DNA from: Octopus bimaculoides
Taxonomy: Eukaryota
Assembly: GCF_001194135.2 (NCBI RefSeq)
Contig: NC_068987.1
Location: 81,985,682 to 82,036,911, forward strand
Direction: 5' to 3'
DNA length: 51,230 bases
Part shown: positions 47,056-51,230 of the stretch, one piece after another
How positions within the stretch are numbered: the stretch's first letter is position 1
Layout of the letters: each line of letters begins with the position of its first letter
Position numbers and translations under genes: made by a program
Notes under the pieces: generated by a model
Databases searched by the model: none
Told to the model about the DNA's origin: nothing
The model's input: the letters and a program-made list of their open reading frames with translations, nothing else

Positions 47056-48049
47056 ATTTCCTTTTGATTTTCACTTATTTCAGTCTTTTGACTGTAACCA
47101 TGTTGGAACACCACCTTATAGACATACACATTTGTACATGTATGTGAGTTTGGTGGGTTGGTGAGTGCTTAGCATAGCATTGTGATTAAGAATTCTCTTC
47201 TCAACTATATTGTTCTGATTTTGATTCCTCTCCAGAGAGCTTATGACAAATTGTATCTTTTACCATATCTTCATGTTCCATAGTGGCTTTCCTGAATTGT
47301 TAAATTACAGTTATTTACAAAACAGAATATTCCCATAAAAAAGATTACCACTGTCTTGTATCTCAACTCTATTAAGGAGCCAAATAGCCAAAGAACTCAG
47401 ATAAATTCAATAGGACAATAGCAAAAACAAAGACAATGATATGAAAATGGAAATATATTTAGCATAACTTGGGAACTTTCCTCATCAGCTGCCTATCAAA
47501 CAACAACATGATTTCAATACCTTACACCATACACACACACACTTATATGTATAAAGCACTGGTCATGGTGCCATACACAAAGCACTAGTGCTGGCGACAC
47601 ATAAAAAGTACTGGTGCCACATGAAAGACACCTAATCCTCTCTGTAAAGTGGTTAGCAGTAGGAACGGTGTCTAGCCATAAAAGCCATGCCAAAAACAGA
47701 CATTGGAATTTGGTGTATTCCTCTGACTTGTTAGCTCTTGTTAACCATCTGACTTCATACCAGCATTGGAGATGGACATTAAATGATGTTGATGATGATA
47801 ATGATAATGATGATGATGATAGTATGAATAAAAATTAGTATATTCAAATGGAAATGCAAAATGCTATTCATTCCTGATTGAGTAATCTCAACTCAAAGCA
47901 ATGTTCATGTTGCATTTCATAGATATGAGATGTGAATTCCACAGAAGGAGAACTGAACCAAGTATAAAGGGGTTTGTGGAATCATCTAAGATTTTAAAGT
48001 GATGCCACAGCATGGCTGTCATCAAATAACAGAAACCACTAAAAGAGTA

Positions 48050-48596
48050 TCTCTTTTACTCTCTTTTACTTGTTTCAGTCATTTGACTGCAGCCATGCTA
48101 GAGCACCGCCTTTAGTTGAGCAAATCAACCCCAGGACTTATTCTTTGTAAGCCTAGTACTTATTCTATCGGTCTCGCTTGCCGAACTGCTAAGTTNNNNN
48201 NNNNNNNNNNNNNNNNNNNNNNNNNNNNNNNNNNNNNNNNNNNNNNNNNNNNNNNNNNNNNNNNNNNNNNNNNNNNNNNNNNNNNNNNNNNNNNNNNNNN
48301 NNNNNNNNNNNNNNNNNNNNNNNNNNNNNNNNNNNNNAAATTACAGGTAAAATCTCAATTAAAATCAATTTATTAAAAATTAAAATTTAATTGAGTTTCA
48401 CAGTATAAAATATATATATACATATATACATATATACAATGGGCTTCTTTCAGTTTCCGTCTACCAAATCCACTCACAAGGCTTTGGTCAGCCCAAGGCT
48501 GTAGTAGAAGACACTTGCCCACGGTGCCATGCAGTGGGACTGAACCCAGAACCATGTGGTTGGTAAGCAAGCTACTTACCACACAGCCACTCCTGT
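48050..48596 (-). mobile_element. SINE-A spanning a gap
   Basis: 3' half before and 5' half after 48196-48337. Confidence 0.8.
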
Positions 48597-49081
48597 GAAT
48601 TTTCTTTTGATCTAACTATGAAGAAAACACCGGCACATCCAAATGTAAAGTCGAGCCATTGAAACAAGTACAGATTTCACGGGAATATTTGTGATTTTGA
48701 CAAAATATTAAAACTTCAGCTTGAGCATTTGAAATACTTCGTAAACTCATGCAAAATATTTTCAGAAAATCAAAGCTGAAATCACACATTCTCAAAGCTC
48801 GTATTCCTTAAATAAACAATACTAAAAGTCTTAAAAGTCACAAATTTACTTACATGCCTATCAATTACATGGAAAACTTCTATATATTCTTATTCTAGTT
48901 TCAGCCTAACTGGTTATGGCCATGCATCGACAAATCATAGATTACCGTAGTTCTTTGATGTATGCTGGCATTTTCGTAGATGAGAATATCTGATGTAATT
49001 AATATGAGTCTTGTGCGTTTCTTAAATTGCCACTTCATGATTCATTTGGAATATCTAACAACAGTTTCTACATCCATTCCG

Positions 49082-49128
<47 letters not shown>

Positions 49129-49827
49129 NNNNNNNNNNNNNNNNNNNNNNNNNNNNNNNNNNNNNNNNNNNNNNNNNNNNNNNNNNNNNNNNNNNNNNNN
49201 NNNNNNNNNNNNNNNNNNNNNNNNNNNNNNNNNNNNNNNNNNNNNNNNNNNNNNNNNNNNNNNNNNNNNNNNNNNNNNNNNNNNNNNNNNNNNNNNNNNN
49301 NNNNNNNNNNNNNNNNNNNNNNNNNNNNNNNNNNNNNNNNNNNNNNNNNNNNNNNNNNNNNNNNNNNNNNNNNNNNNNNNNNNNNNNNNNNNNNNNNNNN
49401 NNNNNNNNNNNNNNNNNNNNNNNNNNNNNNNNNNNNNNNNNNNNNNNNNNNNNNNNNNNNNNNNNNNNNNNNNNNNNNNNNNNNNNNNNNNNNNNNNNNN
49501 NNNNNNNNNNNNNNNNNNNNNNNNNNNNNNNNNNNNNNNNNNNNNNNNNNNNNNNNNNNNNNNNNNNNNNNNNNNNNNNNNNNNNNNNNNNNNNNNNNNN
49601 NNNNNNNNNNNNNNNNNNNNNNNNNNNNNNNNNNNNNNNNNNNNNNNNNNNNNNNNNNNNNNNNNNNNNNNNNNNNNNNNNNNNNNNNNNNNNNNNNNNN
49701 NNNNNNNNNNNNNNNNNNNNNNNNNNNNNNNNNNNNNNNNNNNNNNNNNNNNNNNNNNNNNNNNNNTCCATCAACATCCTGATACTGTCATACCACTCAC
49801 ACATTTTTATTATTCTTTCTTCTTCTT

Positions 49828-49995
49828 CTTGACCCAGGGCAGCCCTACTTCCTACAAGCACTTGATGTAGGCCTCCGTGTTGAGTGTGAGACTGTGTGGG
49901 AAGATGAATGGAGGCATACTGTTGCCATCACTAGTGATCACTCCAAACACCATCATATTGACAGGATGTTTGATTTTTATCACTCTCGGTACATG
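49828..49995 (-). mobile_element. Tc1/mariner (DD37D/maT-like) transposase internal fragment
   Basis: HVPRVIKIKHPVNMMVFGVITSDGNSMPPFIFPHSLTLNTEAYIKCL*EVGLPWVK. Confidence 0.8.
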
Positions 49996-50542
49996 TCCTC
50001 AGACTGAAACCCAAACACTCTGAAATGTTCATACTGGAGCAGTACAGCATGTTGCTTCCAAATTTCTGACAGTGAATTGCATCATGGTGTTGTTTTTCTC
50101 ACAGACAGTGCACAACTGACCCTACTATACTGTGTAGTCGACCAAATCAAAAACAAACAGTGCTCATGTGTGAAATTAAAAATATAAAATGACAACAATT
50201 TACCCATCACACCCAGTATATATAATAATACTTTACTCGCTGTATTGCATATTCATTTCTTTTTTGCATTTCTGATTTTACTTACACTTTTCTGTATAAA
50301 TGAAGATATTTCCTTCATTTCGCTGCTTTACTTCCTACAAAATGAGAAGATACATTGCGGAACTGTTATTTTAATGAGTTGCATCTATTTATTATCCGAT
50401 GAGATGCATCTGCACTGCTGGATGCTCCTGAACCAGTTATTAAGTGTCTCACCCATGAGGGGTCGATGCTAGATATGTCAAAACAATTTTCTTGATTAAA
50501 AATAAAAATTCTCTTCCATCTTTCATTTACCATATATATATA

Positions 50543-51230
50543 TCATTATCATCATCATCGTTTAACGTCCGCTTTCCATGCTAGCATGGGTTGGACGATT
50601 TGACTGAGGACTGGTGCAACCGGATGGCTACACCAGGCTCCAATCTAATTTGGCAGAGTTTCTACAGCTGGATGCCCTTCCTAACACCGACCACTCAGAG
50701 AGTGTAGTGGGTGCTTTTACGTGTCACCCGCACGAAAACGGCCACGCTCGAAATGGTGTCTTTTATGTGCCACCCGCACAAGAGCCAGTCCAGGGGCACT
50801 GGCAACGATCTCGCTCGAAAACCCTACAAGGCCAGTCACGCTCTGGCAATGGTCACGCTCACAATGGTACATCTTATGTGCCACCCACACAAGAGCCAGT
50901 CCAGGGGCCCTGGCAATGATCTCACTTGGCTTGCCGGGTCTTCTCACGCACAGCACATTTCCAAAGGTCTCGGTCAGTAGTCATCGCCTCGGTGAGGCCC
51001 AATGTTCGAAGGTCTTGCCTCACCACCTCAGCCCAGGTCTTCCTGGGCCTACCTCTTCCACGGGTTCCCTCAACTGTTAGGGAGTGGCACTTTTTCACGC
51101 AGCTATCCTCATTCATTCTCACCACATGTCCAAACCAGCGCAATCGTCTCTCTTGCACACCACTACTGATGCTTCTTATGTTCAGCTTTTCTCTCACGAT
51201 ACTTACACTCTGACGGGTATGCACATTTAC
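50543..51230 (-). mobile_element. RTE-clade LINE: ORF2 C-terminus, 3' UTR and (GAT)n tail; continues beyond the window
   Basis: Open frame ending at the stop at 50922: RRLRWFGHVVRM..GTRGRGRPRKTW..DRDLW; duplicated block in the 3' UTR; tail shared with many truncated copies. Confidence 0.92.

Noticed and set aside
164-49870. Most ORFs in the track (YI, HT, CV, poly-V, poly-D, poly-M, poly-H, poly-X)
   Set aside because: Translations of microsatellites, SINEs or N gaps; no domain content

Overview
Eukaryotic, AT-rich, non-coding window with no host gene exon that I can support. About 10% is assembly gap (main N runs 14289-14997, 18202-19013, 36435-36831, 39647-40166, 41953-42625, 44444-45213, 46582-47014, 48196-48337, 49129-49766). 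The rest is mostly microsatellites plus dispersed repeats. The repeat landscape looks like an octopus (coleoid cephalopod) short-read assembly; this is inference from recalled repeat families, not a database result. Nearly all ORFs in the supplied track are microsatellite or N artefacts. The real coding remnants are all transposon-derived: RTE LINE (50543-51230, 28950-29450), R4/Dong-type RLE LINE (13956-14288), two CR1/L2-group LINE ends (19385-19975, 29713-30052), an internally deleted mariner (4347-5711), DD37D/maT-like fragments (24150-24477, 49828-49995) and a non-coding Tigger/pogo-like element (20830-21517). Two tRNA-derived SINE families (my labels SINE-A and SINE-B) occur in more than 10 copies each, and a LINE end sharing the SINE-A tail is visible. 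The signal not explained by standard annotation is a set of sequence-unrelated minimal type I hammerhead ribozyme (HHR) motifs, most with palindromic helix III. These include two identical copies in a roughly 365-bp tandem unit (34641-35248), a near-canonical one at 6383-6428 and one with a compensatory U3-A8 core at 39522-39563, plus long fold-back hairpins apparently related to them. This architecture matches Penelope-like element LTRs and non-LTR retrozymes. All folds were done by eye and no activity has been shown.
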